Source: Candidatus Bruticola sp.
GTDB taxonomy: Bacteria; Vulcanimicrobiota; Xenobia; Xenobiales; Xenobiaceae
NCBI GenBank assembly: GCA_051874735.1
Contig: JBJEGD010000016.1
Location: 73,250-137,249 of the forward strand
Length of the DNA: 64,000 nucleotides
Direction: 5' to 3'
Shown here: piece by piece, positions 38,023-47,178 of the stretch
Layout: each line of letters starts with the position of its first letter
Numbering within the stretch: position 1 is the stretch's first letter
Position numbers and translations under genes: made by a program
The notes under the pieces: model-generated
What the model was told of the DNA's origin: nothing
The model's input: the letters and a program-made list of their open reading frames with translations, nothing else
The model's database searches: none

Positions 38023-39078
38023 ATGCCTCCGCGCGTTGAGGGACAGCTGTCCGAAGCTCTGATACAGGAATCTGAAGATGGAATTCTGGGCATAGATAGA
38101 GTTGGCTGCGTGCGTATTTTAAATGAAACGGCCGGCCGTATCTTTGCTATCAAGCCTTGCGAAGCTATAGGGCTGAATGTCTGGGATGTCCTGCCTAAAT
38201 GTGAATTTTCTAAGGCCCTGCTTTCTCAAATAAAAGAGAGTAATCCTGAGCCTTTGCAGCGTCTGATGCTGTTCCCCAACGAGCGCATGTTTTCAGTAAA
38301 AATGATGGCCGTGCGCTCGGCGCGTGGACGCAATTTAGGAGCTTATGCTTCGTTGCGCGATGTATCAGGAATGCAGAAGATTGAACGAGGACTCGACGAC
38401 GTCTTCACCAGTCTAACCAGGGAAATTTCTATTCCTTTAACTACTATCAAAGGTTTTGTCGAAACTCTTCTAGATGGAGCTTATTTAGATACCCAGATTA
38501 CTCGAAAATTTCTGCAAATTATTAACGGTGAAGCTAATAATTTAGTGCGTTTAGTTATGTCTCTTGATTCAGTCACTAAAGAGAGAGAAATTAAACCGTC
38601 TATGAGCTGCTTCCGTTTGGAAGAACTAATTAGAGAATGCGTTGCGACTTTTGAGCCTATTGCAGCTAGTAAACATGTGACATTAACATATCGTATTGCC
38701 GATGACCTGCCTTGGATTACGGCCGACGCCAGACTGTTGCGCCAGGTCTTTATCAATGTTTTAGATAACAGTGTTCGTTTTACTGGAATAAAGGGAGGCG
38801 GTTCCGTAGAAGTAGATTTATCGGTGCAAGGACGGGAATTTATAATTTCCATCAAAGATAATGGTATAGGTATTGAGACTGCCGATTTAGAGCATATATT
38901 TGAGCGCTTTTACAGAGGACGCAATTCTGCTAGTGCTAATTTAGGTGGGGCCGGTTTAGGGCTGAGTGCAGCTGAAAGTATCATTAAATCGCATGGTGGA
39001 ACTATCTCCGCTTCTAGTATTCCCGGAGAAGGTAGCGTGTTTACTATAACTCTTCCGGTGCGCTTAGGCGAAATATGA
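38023..39078 (+). CDS. Soluble PAS-DHp-CA PhoR/WalK-like histidine kinase homologue lacking the phosphoacceptor His
   Basis: PAS-like N-terminus; H-box reads TREISIPLTTIKGFVETL; N, G1, F and G2 boxes intact. Confidence 0.88.
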   Translation: MPPRVEGQLSEALIQESEDGILGIDRVGCVRILNETAGRIFAIKPCEAIGLNVWDVLPKCEFSKALLSQIKESNPEPLQRLMLFPNERMFSVKMMAVRSARGRNLGAYASLRDVSGMQKIERGLDDVFTSLTREISIPLTTIKGFVETLLDGAYLDTQITRKFLQIINGEANNLVRLVMSLDSVTKEREIKPSMSCFRLEELIRECVATFEPIAASKHVTLTYRIADDLPWITADARLLRQVFINVLDNSVRFTGIKGGGSVEVDLSVQGREFIISIKDNGIGIETADLEHIFERFYRGRNSASANLGGAGLGLSAAESIIKSHGGTISASSIPGEGSVFTITLPVRLGEI

Positions 39079-39307
39079 TTTTAACTTGTAATGGTCTAGA
39101 ATAAAAAACTATATAATTTTCTTTAAGTTTTAAGGCGTAATTTAGAGATTTACTTGGGCAGGTTTTTACATATTGAAATTTGAATCCAGTGAAACGTGCA
39201 AATGCGGAGGCTGTTAGCTTTTGTTTTGTTGTATGTACTTTTGGTCGTTTAAAGTGATAATGGGCGGCAGCTTCTGGATTTAATTCTTGTTTCGGAGCAG
39301 CGTTAAT

Positions 39308-40990
39308 ATGAGCGATGCAGTAGCCATTGATAAAAACGGCGGTGCCCCTTTTAGGTATCGTTGGTTTGCTTTCGGAGATCTAAACGGTTTCTTTGGCGTC
39401 ATGTTCGACAATATGACAGTATTAGCTTTCTTAGCCTATATTTTGACTGGTATATTTGGCATGCCAGCTGATATTGTCTATACAAAAATTTTCCCTGGCA
39501 CAGCTTTCGGAGTATTAGTAGGAGATTTTGTTTACACTTGGCTGGCCTTTAAGCAGGCCCAACGCCAAAATAAAGATGTCACTGCTATGCCTCTAGGATT
39601 AGATACGCCTTCCACTATAGGTATAGCCTTTACTATTTTGGGCCCTGCTTTTATCGGATACAGCAATGCTGGTATGGCCCCGCATGACGCCGCTATGCAG
39701 ACTTGGTATGTCGGTATGGCGGCTATGTTTTACTGCGGACTATTTAAAGTCGTCTGTTCTTTTTTCGGTAACTGGTTGAGCAAAGTTATTCCTGCTGCCG
39801 GCTTAATGGGATCTTTAGCCGGTGTCGGCATCGCTCTTTTAGGTGTAGTGCCTATTATTGAAATTATGAATGCTCCTCTGGTCGGTTTGGTGGCCATGGG
39901 ATTAGTGTTCTACAACATGGTAGCTAAAATTCGCCTTCCTTTTAATGCGCCCGGTGTATTAGTAGCTGTTATTTTAGGTACTATTTTGTATTATATTTTT
40001 GGCCCGGTTGGTTTAGCCGGTCAAAGTTTTCAAACTCCTGGTGCTGTAGCTATCGGGTTTAGTTTACCTTATCCCACTTTAGGATTTACTGCTGGTTTAG
40101 CCGATGCCATTAACTATCTGCCGGTAATTATTCCTTTCGCTATTCTTACTGTGGTTGGCGGTATTAATGTTACTGAAAGTGCTCGTTTAGCCGGCGATAA
40201 TTACGACACTCGTGAAATTCTGATGATAGATGCTTGTTCTACCATTTTTGCAGGCCTTTGCGGTGCTGTAGCTCAGACTACTCCTTACATTGGTCAGCCT
40301 GCTTTCAAAAAAATGGGTTGCCGCTCTGGCTATACGGTCATGACAGGTGCTGTTGTAGGTATCTGCGGTATGATGGGCATTATCCAATTTATCGTTGATG
40401 CTATTCCCACCGCTGCTTTAGCGCCCATTCTTTGCTTCGTTGGTTTGGAAATTGTAGCTCAGGCTTTCAGTTGCTGCCCGCAGGCTCACTTCCCAGCGGT
40501 AGCTTTCGCTTTTATACCTAATATTGCCAGAGTTATGGCTATTAAGGGAAATTACAGTGATAATGGTGTTTTTGAAAATCTGTTGAGTACTTTGGCTACA
40601 GAGCCCGGCCGTTATTTGAACGAGAAATTGCTCATTCCCGCTTTGGGCAACGGCTTTATTTTAACAGCTATGCTTTGGGGTGCGTTCTTTGCTTTCATGA
40701 TTGACCGAAAGCTGAAAAAATGCTCGCTCTTCCTCTTTATTTTATCTGTTCTTTCTTTCTTTGGCGTAATTCATTCTGTTAATCCCAGCGGTTTTATGTA
40801 TCTGCCTTGGAATTTACCCGAGGTAGCTCAGGCTGTGCCTTACCAGTTTGCCTTAGGCTATTTTATTTTAGGGGCAGTTATTCTGGCTCTGTCCTTTACT
40901 AAGGACAGTATGCTTTCTACTGAAGTGGAAGAAAGTAACGAATCGTCTACAGAGCAGGAGAAGGCTGAAAAGGTAGAAGCTAAGGCTTAG
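39308..40990 (+). CDS. NCS2/AzgA-like permease (nucleobase-type), copy 1
   Basis: GDLNGFFG..FDN, TAMPLGLDTPS, ESARLAGDNY, TTPYIGQPAFK; many TM segments. Confidence 0.8.
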   Translation: MSDAVAIDKNGGAPFRYRWFAFGDLNGFFGVMFDNMTVLAFLAYILTGIFGMPADIVYTKIFPGTAFGVLVGDFVYTWLAFKQAQRQNKDVTAMPLGLDTPSTIGIAFTILGPAFIGYSNAGMAPHDAAMQTWYVGMAAMFYCGLFKVVCSFFGNWLSKVIPAAGLMGSLAGVGIALLGVVPIIEIMNAPLVGLVAMGLVFYNMVAKIRLPFNAPGVLVAVILGTILYYIFGPVGLAGQSFQTPGAVAIGFSLPYPTLGFTAGLADAINYLPVIIPFAILTVVGGINVTESARLAGDNYDTREILMIDACSTIFAGLCGAVAQTTPYIGQPAFKKMGCRSGYTVMTGAVVGICGMMGIIQFIVDAIPTAALAPILCFVGLEIVAQAFSCCPQAHFPAVAFAFIPNIARVMAIKGNYSDNGVFENLLSTLATEPGRYLNEKLLIPALGNGFILTAMLWGAFFAFMIDRKLKKCSLFLFILSVLSFFGVIHSVNPSGFMYLPWNLPEVAQAVPYQFALGYFILGAVILALSFTKDSMLSTEVEESNESSTEQEKAEKVEAKA

Positions 40991-41031
40991 ATTTTTTCAG
41001 CTGTATAAAATTATCTGCAAATTGTTAGGAT

Positions 41032-41066
41032 GCCCGCATCTTTCTAAGATGCGGGCTTTGTTTTTT
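41032..41066 (+). terminator. Intrinsic terminator
   Basis: GCCCGCATCTT-tct-AAGATGCGGGC followed by TTTGTTTTTT. Confidence 0.88.
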
Positions 41067-41166
41067 ATTATCCCATATATACTGCGTGACAGCGTTAAGT
41101 TTAGGAAAGTACAGGTGAACAAATTATGATGGATTTTTTTCGATATATTTTGAAGGATATAACGAG

Positions 41167-42870
41167 ATGGCTATGGAAAGCGGCCGACCGTATACGTATA
41201 CCGCATATCTATTTGGAGATTTGGGCTCTATGCAAAGCGCTCATAGGAACTCCACCACTCGTCCTTTAACTTATAAGTGGTTCGTTTTAAACGATTTAAA
41301 CGGTTTTTTTAGCGTCATGTTTGATAACATGACAGTTTTGGCTTTTTTAGCCTTTATTTTGACGCAGATTTTTTGTATGCCGCCAAGTTTTATTTACGGC
41401 AAAATTTTTCCTGGTACGGCTTTGGCTGTTCTCTGTGGGGATCTGGTTTTTACTTGGTTGGCTTTTATTCAGACTGAAAAACAGGGGCGATCGGCTACTG
41501 CTATTCCCGTAGCTATTGATACTCCTTCTACCGTAGGATTGGCTTTTGCTGTCTTGGGGCCGACTTTTCTTACTTATAAAGCGGCCGGCTTGTCTCCGGA
41601 CGATGCAGCTATACAGACGTGGTATGTCGGCATGGCGGTTGTTATGTGCTGCGGATTGGGCAAGCTATTGGGTGCCTTTATTGGCGAATGGATAGCGAAT
41701 ATAGTTCCTAAAGCTGGTTTAGTGGGAGCTTTAGCCGGAGTAGGCATAGCTTTATTGGGAGTAGTTCCTTTTATTGAAGTAATGGGGGCTCCAGCTGTCG
41801 GGTTGCTTTCTTTTGGCATTGTCTTTTATTCGTTGGTGGCAAAAATAGAATTGCCTGGCAAAATTCCCGGTGTTTTAGCTGCTGTAGTATCGGCTACTGT
41901 TTTGTATTATATTTTGGGACCTTTGGGACTGGCCGGTCAGCAATTTACCATACCGTTTTTTTCTATAGCTTTTTATTGTCCTTGGCCAACCATAAACTTT
42001 ATTAACGGTTTATCCGATTCTTTGCAGTATTTGCCTGTAGTTTTGCCATTTACCATTTTGACCGTAGTGGGCGGCGTCAATGTGGCCAAGGGAGCTGTTA
42101 TAGCTGGGGATAACTACAATATTAGGCAGGTACTGCAGATAGATGCTGTGGTAACTATAATTTCCGCTCTATGTGGCGGTGTTGCTCCCACAACTTTATA
42201 TATAGGTCATGCTGCATTTAAAGGTATGAACTGTCGCGCAGGTCATGTTTTTCTGACGGGAATATTTGTAGGCCTTTTTGGGCTTTTCGGTTTAATTAAA
42301 GTTATTGTTGATTTTGTACCCACAGCAGCTCTGGCTCCTATTTTAATATTTATTGCTTTAGAACTGACTTCTCAAGCTTTTAGAGACAGTGACAATAATT
42401 TTCGCACTGCTCTTACGTTTGCGCTTTTTCCCTGCATTATGAGAGCGCTGGCCTTAAAAGGCAATTACAGCGATAACTTTGATTCGCTAATCAGCCGTTT
42501 AATGGCTGAAGCTAATGGTCACCGTTATCTGAGCGAAAATTTAATCATTCCTGCTTTAGGTAACGGTTTTGTATTAACGTCCATGCTTTGGGGAGCCTTT
42601 TTAGCCTTTTTTATTGAAAGACGTCTCCGTCGAGCCGCAGTTGTACTCTTTATTTTGGCTGCTTGTTCGTTTATAGGCTTAGTCCATTCTGTTTCCCCAG
42701 ATGGTTTTATGTACTGGCCTTTTAATTTATCTAATGAAGTGGAGAGGGCTATTCCTTTTCAATTTGCATCTGGGTATTTTTTAGCCGGTACAGTTATTTG
42801 GATCCTTTCTTATACTAAGTCTTCGGCTTTATCTATCTTTGTAGAAGATGATAAATTGTCCACTGAGTAA
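41167..42870 (+). CDS. NCS2/AzgA-like permease, copy 2 (diverged paralogue)
   Basis: Colinear with copy 1 (FDNMTVLAFLA, DTPST, LGNGF.LT.MLWGA). Confidence 0.8.
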   Translation: MAMESGRPYTYTAYLFGDLGSMQSAHRNSTTRPLTYKWFVLNDLNGFFSVMFDNMTVLAFLAFILTQIFCMPPSFIYGKIFPGTALAVLCGDLVFTWLAFIQTEKQGRSATAIPVAIDTPSTVGLAFAVLGPTFLTYKAAGLSPDDAAIQTWYVGMAVVMCCGLGKLLGAFIGEWIANIVPKAGLVGALAGVGIALLGVVPFIEVMGAPAVGLLSFGIVFYSLVAKIELPGKIPGVLAAVVSATVLYYILGPLGLAGQQFTIPFFSIAFYCPWPTINFINGLSDSLQYLPVVLPFTILTVVGGVNVAKGAVIAGDNYNIRQVLQIDAVVTIISALCGGVAPTTLYIGHAAFKGMNCRAGHVFLTGIFVGLFGLFGLIKVIVDFVPTAALAPILIFIALELTSQAFRDSDNNFRTALTFALFPCIMRALALKGNYSDNFDSLISRLMAEANGHRYLSENLIIPALGNGFVLTSMLWGAFLAFFIERRLRRAAVVLFILAACSFIGLVHSVSPDGFMYWPFNLSNEVERAIPFQFASGYFLAGTVIWILSYTKSSALSIFVEDDKLSTE

Positions 42871-43119
42871 AATGAGCCGCTGTTATTTTGAAAACTGATT
42901 TTAGCGATATAGGGCTTGTTTTTTTATAGTCGGCGCAGTTTTATGCAGATAGCGCATAATTCTTAGTTTGAAGCCTTCATTAAAACTGAATAAGGCGTAT
43001 TTTTTCTTTTCGATTGTAGTTAATTGAGAAGCTTGGGAGTCCTTGGCAGGAATGAAGCGGATGCATTAAAAAAGGAAAGCGCGAATTGTTTGATTACTAT
43101 TAAGAGAAAAACTTAGATT

Positions 43120-44556
43120 ATGCTTGCTAAAGATTGTGAAACTGCGCTGGTTAATTTCAGCAATTATTCCGTTCCCAGCACTGCGGAAAGATTGCATGCT
43201 GATACCAATATGAGAGGTCGAGGAGTTACTATAGCCTTTTTGGATTCAGGTTTTTATCCTCATCCCGATTTAGGAGATAGAATTACCGCGTATATCGATT
43301 TGGGTGAAGAAACTGCCGATTTGAATCCTCGTAATAACCGCAACGGCTGGAATTGGCATGGTATGATGACTTCAGTTTCTGCTTGCGGAAACGGTTCACT
43401 TTCGGGGGGAAGATATAGAGGCTTAGCTTCTGAAGCTAAGGTTGTACTTATAAAGTGTAGCCGCCAAGGTATGATCTGTGATGATCTTATTTTAAAAGGG
43501 CTCAATTGGGTACGTGATAATGCTGAAAAGTACAATATTAATATTCTAAATATTTCTGTAGGCAGTGATTTTGATCCTAAGGAACTGAACTGTGCTATAT
43601 CTCAAGCTTCGGAAGAGTTAGTCTCCAAAGGTATTTTAGTGATAGCTGCAGCGGGTAATACGCGCACTTTACCACGTCCCCCGGCCAATGCTCCTTCAGT
43701 GCTCACCGTAGGCGGGTGCGTATTCCGTAATGCTTGCAGTCCGGAAGAAGCTGAGCTGTACTGTAGTAGTTATGGAGTAATTTTAGATTTGGTAGTAAAG
43801 CCTGAAATTATTGCTCCTGCTGCCTGGGTGGCTGCCCCTATATTACCTGGTACCGTTCAGTATAAGAGAGCTCAGTATTGCTACGATTTAGCTACAGCCG
43901 TGGGGGGACCGTTATTGAATCTGCTGAGTGAAGTGCCGGAAGGTATCGATTTGCCGACTAATCTATATCAGATGAGTCGTGAAGAGATTAAAAAAAATTT
44001 AGATAAGTGGCTGCTCGATGATAAAGTAGTAGGGCGTCACTATCAACATGTAGATGGAACCTCTTTTGCTGCTCCAACTGTAGCTGCTATCGCTGCGCAA
44101 ATGTTGGAAGCTAATCCGCAGTTAACTCCAGCTGCTATACGTCAAATTTTTATGTCTACAGCCGATCGTGTGAATGGAAAAGAACTGCTAGCTCAAGGAT
44201 GTGGTATAGTTAATGCTAGTCGAGCTGTAGAACAAGCCCACGAGGCCTGGACTCATGATCAAATTTGTGAATTGCGTCCTCCGCTGGTACTAGACGGCAA
44301 ATTGAGCTTTATATTTGTTAACTACACAGCAAAAAAAGTTGAGTTGATGGGAGATTTTAACGATTGGACTCCTAATCAGTACCATTTTTATGAAATGTTC
44401 GATGGTACTTGGAAAGTAGAGATAGACGCTCCACCGCCGGGACGCTACCGCTACAAGTTCAGAGTAGATGAAAAAGATTGGTATGAAGATCCGGCCAATT
44501 TGTACCGCAAGCCAAACGTTTGGGGAAGTTACGATTCTATTTTGAATATAGCTTAA
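43120..44556 (+). CDS. S8 subtilase (AprX-like) fused to C-terminal CBM48/AMPK-beta-type glycogen-binding domain
   Basis: LDSG, WHG, AAGN, GTSFAAP; C-terminal AKKVELMGDFNDW...PGRYRYKFRVD...DP.N; no signal peptide. Confidence 0.88.
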   Translation: MLAKDCETALVNFSNYSVPSTAERLHADTNMRGRGVTIAFLDSGFYPHPDLGDRITAYIDLGEETADLNPRNNRNGWNWHGMMTSVSACGNGSLSGGRYRGLASEAKVVLIKCSRQGMICDDLILKGLNWVRDNAEKYNINILNISVGSDFDPKELNCAISQASEELVSKGILVIAAAGNTRTLPRPPANAPSVLTVGGCVFRNACSPEEAELYCSSYGVILDLVVKPEIIAPAAWVAAPILPGTVQYKRAQYCYDLATAVGGPLLNLLSEVPEGIDLPTNLYQMSREEIKKNLDKWLLDDKVVGRHYQHVDGTSFAAPTVAAIAAQMLEANPQLTPAAIRQIFMSTADRVNGKELLAQGCGIVNASRAVEQAHEAWTHDQICELRPPLVLDGKLSFIFVNYTAKKVELMGDFNDWTPNQYHFYEMFDGTWKVEIDAPPPGRYRYKFRVDEKDWYEDPANLYRKPNVWGSYDSILNIA

Positions 44557-44583
44557 AAATTTTATAGGTTGCAGAAAATAGTT

Positions 44584-44637
44584 AAAGCCTTAAGCGCAAG
44601 GGAGAGATTCGCTGCTTTTTTTCTTAAGGCTTTTTTG
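44584..44637 (+). terminator. Probable terminator between convergent genes
   Basis: AAAGCCTTAAG...CTTAAGGCTTTTTT. Confidence 0.6.
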
Positions 44638-44704
44638 TATTTATCGCATGAAATAGCGCGGTCAATAGCCACGATTTACACTTATATTTGACTATCTTTG
44701 GGGC

Positions 44705-45703
44705 TTATTCAAATTTTTGAGAACGGGCCAATAAATTCGTCATAGCCTGATGGAGGTTGTGCTCTCCGGAGAGAACTTGGCAAGTTTCTTTTATGATAGG
44801 AGTTTCTATACCTAAATTTTGAGCCAACTGCAGGCAGCTGTTAGCCGTAGTTACGCCCTCAGCCACTTGATGCATCTCCTTCATAATTTTGGCAAGCTGT
44901 TGTCCTTTACCCAGCATAAGACCTACTTGGCGATTGCGACTCAGGTCACCAGTCGCGGTCAGCAAAAGATCTCCAAGACCACTTAAACCTGAAACTGTGT
45001 CGGATCGGCCGCCCATAGCTATAACAATACGCTTAATCTCTATAAGTGCTCTAGTCAAAAGGGCTGCTCTGGCGTTGGCTCCCATGCCGGCTCCGTCTAT
45101 CATGCCTGCCGCTAGAGCTATAACATTTTTAAGTACGCCTCCCAACTCAACACCAACTATGTCAGTAGAGGCATAGGCACGGAAATATTTGTAATGGTAA
45201 AGATTGGCTGTTAATGAAGATATGCGGGGAACAGGGGAGGCTAAAGTCACGGCGGTTGGCAACTCTTTTATGACCTCAGCAGCAAAGGAAGGGCCAGAGA
45301 GAACCACAATGCGCTCTAGACGCCCCAATACGTCGGAAAGTACTTCAGACATGCGCAACAAACTACCTTTTTCTAGTCCTTTGGCAGTGCTGACGATAAT
45401 GGCTGAAGGGCTAATGCTGTCTTTTAATTCTTCTGCCACATGGCGAACGGCATCAGAGGGCACAGCAAAAATTACAAAATCAGCTTCCTGAACAGTTTTA
45501 TTTAAATCGTATTCTACTGCCATTTCTCCTGGAGCGCATAAACGCATATCGCCGAAATAGCGTCTATTAAACCCTTCCTGTAAGGATTCGAGATCGATCG
45601 CGTCACGTCCCCAAATGACTACTTCATTGCCGGCTTTCTGCAGATGGAAGGCCTGCGCTGTGCCCCAACTTCCTGAACCTACTACGGCAACTTTATAGCT
45701 CAT
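44705..45703 (-). CDS. gpsA: NAD(P)H-dependent glycerol-3-phosphate dehydrogenase
   Basis: GSGSWGTA, SGPSFA, KNVIA, GLGDL, SRN, EG. Confidence 0.96.
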   Translation of the reverse strand: MSYKVAVVGSGSWGTAQAFHLQKAGNEVVIWGRDAIDLESLQEGFNRRYFGDMRLCAPGEMAVEYDLNKTVQEADFVIFAVPSDAVRHVAEELKDSISPSAIIVSTAKGLEKGSLLRMSEVLSDVLGRLERIVVLSGPSFAAEVIKELPTAVTLASPVPRISSLTANLYHYKYFRAYASTDIVGVELGGVLKNVIALAAGMIDGAGMGANARAALLTRALIEIKRIVIAMGGRSDTVSGLSGLGDLLLTATGDLSRNRQVGLMLGKGQQLAKIMKEMHQVAEGVTTANSCLQLAQNLGIETPIIKETCQVLSGEHNLHQAMTNLLARSQKFE

Positions 45704-45812
45704 AACTAAATTATCTCCAACCAAAAAATAAATGAAAGGAACGGTGACCTTCAAGTATATAGGCCTTTGTACCTCCTGAAATAACCAAAGCTTAGTGGGT
45801 AAAAGTGATAAC

Positions 45813-45846
45813 AGAAAAGAAAAAGCCGCCTCTGAGAGCGGCCTTC
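45813..45846 (-). terminator. Intrinsic terminator of the 3D-domain gene
   Basis: Minus strand GGCCGCTCTCAGAGGCGGC followed by a T-rich tail. Confidence 0.75.
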
Positions 45847-45892
45847 ACTATATGGCATACAGCAGCTTTTTTATATAGCGGCCAGTATACCT

Positions 45893-46495
45893 CTACTTTA
45901 GTACGGTTACTTCTACGGTTCGTACTCCCCACTGAGAGCATTGAGTATTGTTAGGTAGCCAAATATCTATTTTGTTGCCATAAATATTGCCACCAGTGTC
46001 TTTAGCTTCACCCCATCCGTAACCGGGGACATAAATTTTAGAACCGATGGGAATCACATTCGGATCGACAGCTATACAACCGGGGCCGGTATAATGGCCG
46101 CTGGCAGTTCTGCCATTTAGGCAGTAAGCATAGGCAGTAACGGTAAAAGTTCTGCTTTGAGGTTCTGGCTCGTCTATTTTATATTTAGCACTAGTTTGAG
46201 CCCCGTGGATAAATGAAGCGGCCAAAGAATCGGCAATTTTTAAGTGATTGCTGTTTTTGCGGCCAGTATCATCACTATTATTTTCCACTATATCTTCAAT
46301 ATCTCTTGTATTATCTATTTCAATCGTCTCTGTAGCAACTTCGGCAGATAATAAGCCGCTATCGTTAGGCAATACAGAAACTAAAGAAGGTGTTGGCGGC
46401 AGACCTAAATCCTGACTAGAAGCACTTTGTGTTAGCAGAAGCACAGGAAAAGTCCATACACACGCCACCAACACATAAGCCCAAAGCTTACGCAT
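45893..46495 (-). CDS. Secreted 3D-domain protein (putative peptidoglycan lytic transglycosylase)
   Basis: TASG, IAVDPNVIPIGS, AKDTGG, IDIW; signal peptide; GGAGG RBS. Confidence 0.9.
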   Translation of the reverse strand: MRKLWAYVLVACVWTFPVLLLTQSASSQDLGLPPTPSLVSVLPNDSGLLSAEVATETIEIDNTRDIEDIVENNSDDTGRKNSNHLKIADSLAASFIHGAQTSAKYKIDEPEPQSRTFTVTAYAYCLNGRTASGHYTGPGCIAVDPNVIPIGSKIYVPGYGWGEAKDTGGNIYGNKIDIWLPNNTQCSQWGVRTVEVTVLK

Positions 46496-47107
46496 TCATG
46501 GCCTCCTGAGTCTATTCCATATTTCATCTCATTGCCAAAGAGATGAAATGCAATTATTTATCGTTTACTTAAACAATTAGGTCGTAAAGAGGGTAAATAT
46601 AATCCTAAAAAAGATTTATATGCTGTTTTTTTCTCTTTTTTATAGTCCGATCCTGCAATAAAGTATGCAATAAATGGCAAATTACTGTAAATTTTGTAAA
46701 CAAAATATGATATATTGTTGGATGTTTGTATAAAAATGTTAATAAATACAACAAAAAATTAACTTTATAAAATATCCTTTTAGCTTATAAACTGGCTTGT
46801 TTTCAGTGTTTTTTTCTCAAATAGAACTTAAAATGCTGGACAATAATTACTGATTAGAAAATAAAAGAAAGTACTATAAATCTAAAATGTTGTATATCTA
46901 ATTATGTTTTTTATGGAGTAGAAGGGGCCAATATATTATAGACTTCAGCAGTATAGTTCATATATTAAGTTCAGGAGTAAGCTAATTACTTAGCTGTTTT
47001 TTTATATGGTCAACTTTTATTGATTTTATTAATTATCAGTATAAAGGTTGCCGATTAATTATAAATTAGCTTTGTACTTAAAAGAGCATGACTGCTTAGA
47101 TTTAAGT

Positions 47108-47146
47108 AAAAAACAACCGACCCCACCTAACAGGGCCGGTCGTTTA
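47108..47146 (-). terminator. Intrinsic terminator of htrA
   Basis: Minus strand ACGACCGGCCC...GGGGTCGGTTG followed by TTTTTT. Confidence 0.7.
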
Positions 47147-47178
47147 GAATAGTTCAGTATATTAGAACATATTAGCTA

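Noticed and set aside
39080-39307. Purine riboswitch upstream of the permeases
   Set aside because: Conserved ATATGG, TTTCTACC and CCGTAAA core elements not found
46496-47178. oriC or c-di-AMP (ydaO) riboswitch in the AT-rich gap
   Set aside because: No TTATCCACA DnaA boxes and no GCTGAATC/GGAACC/GGGGT elements seen
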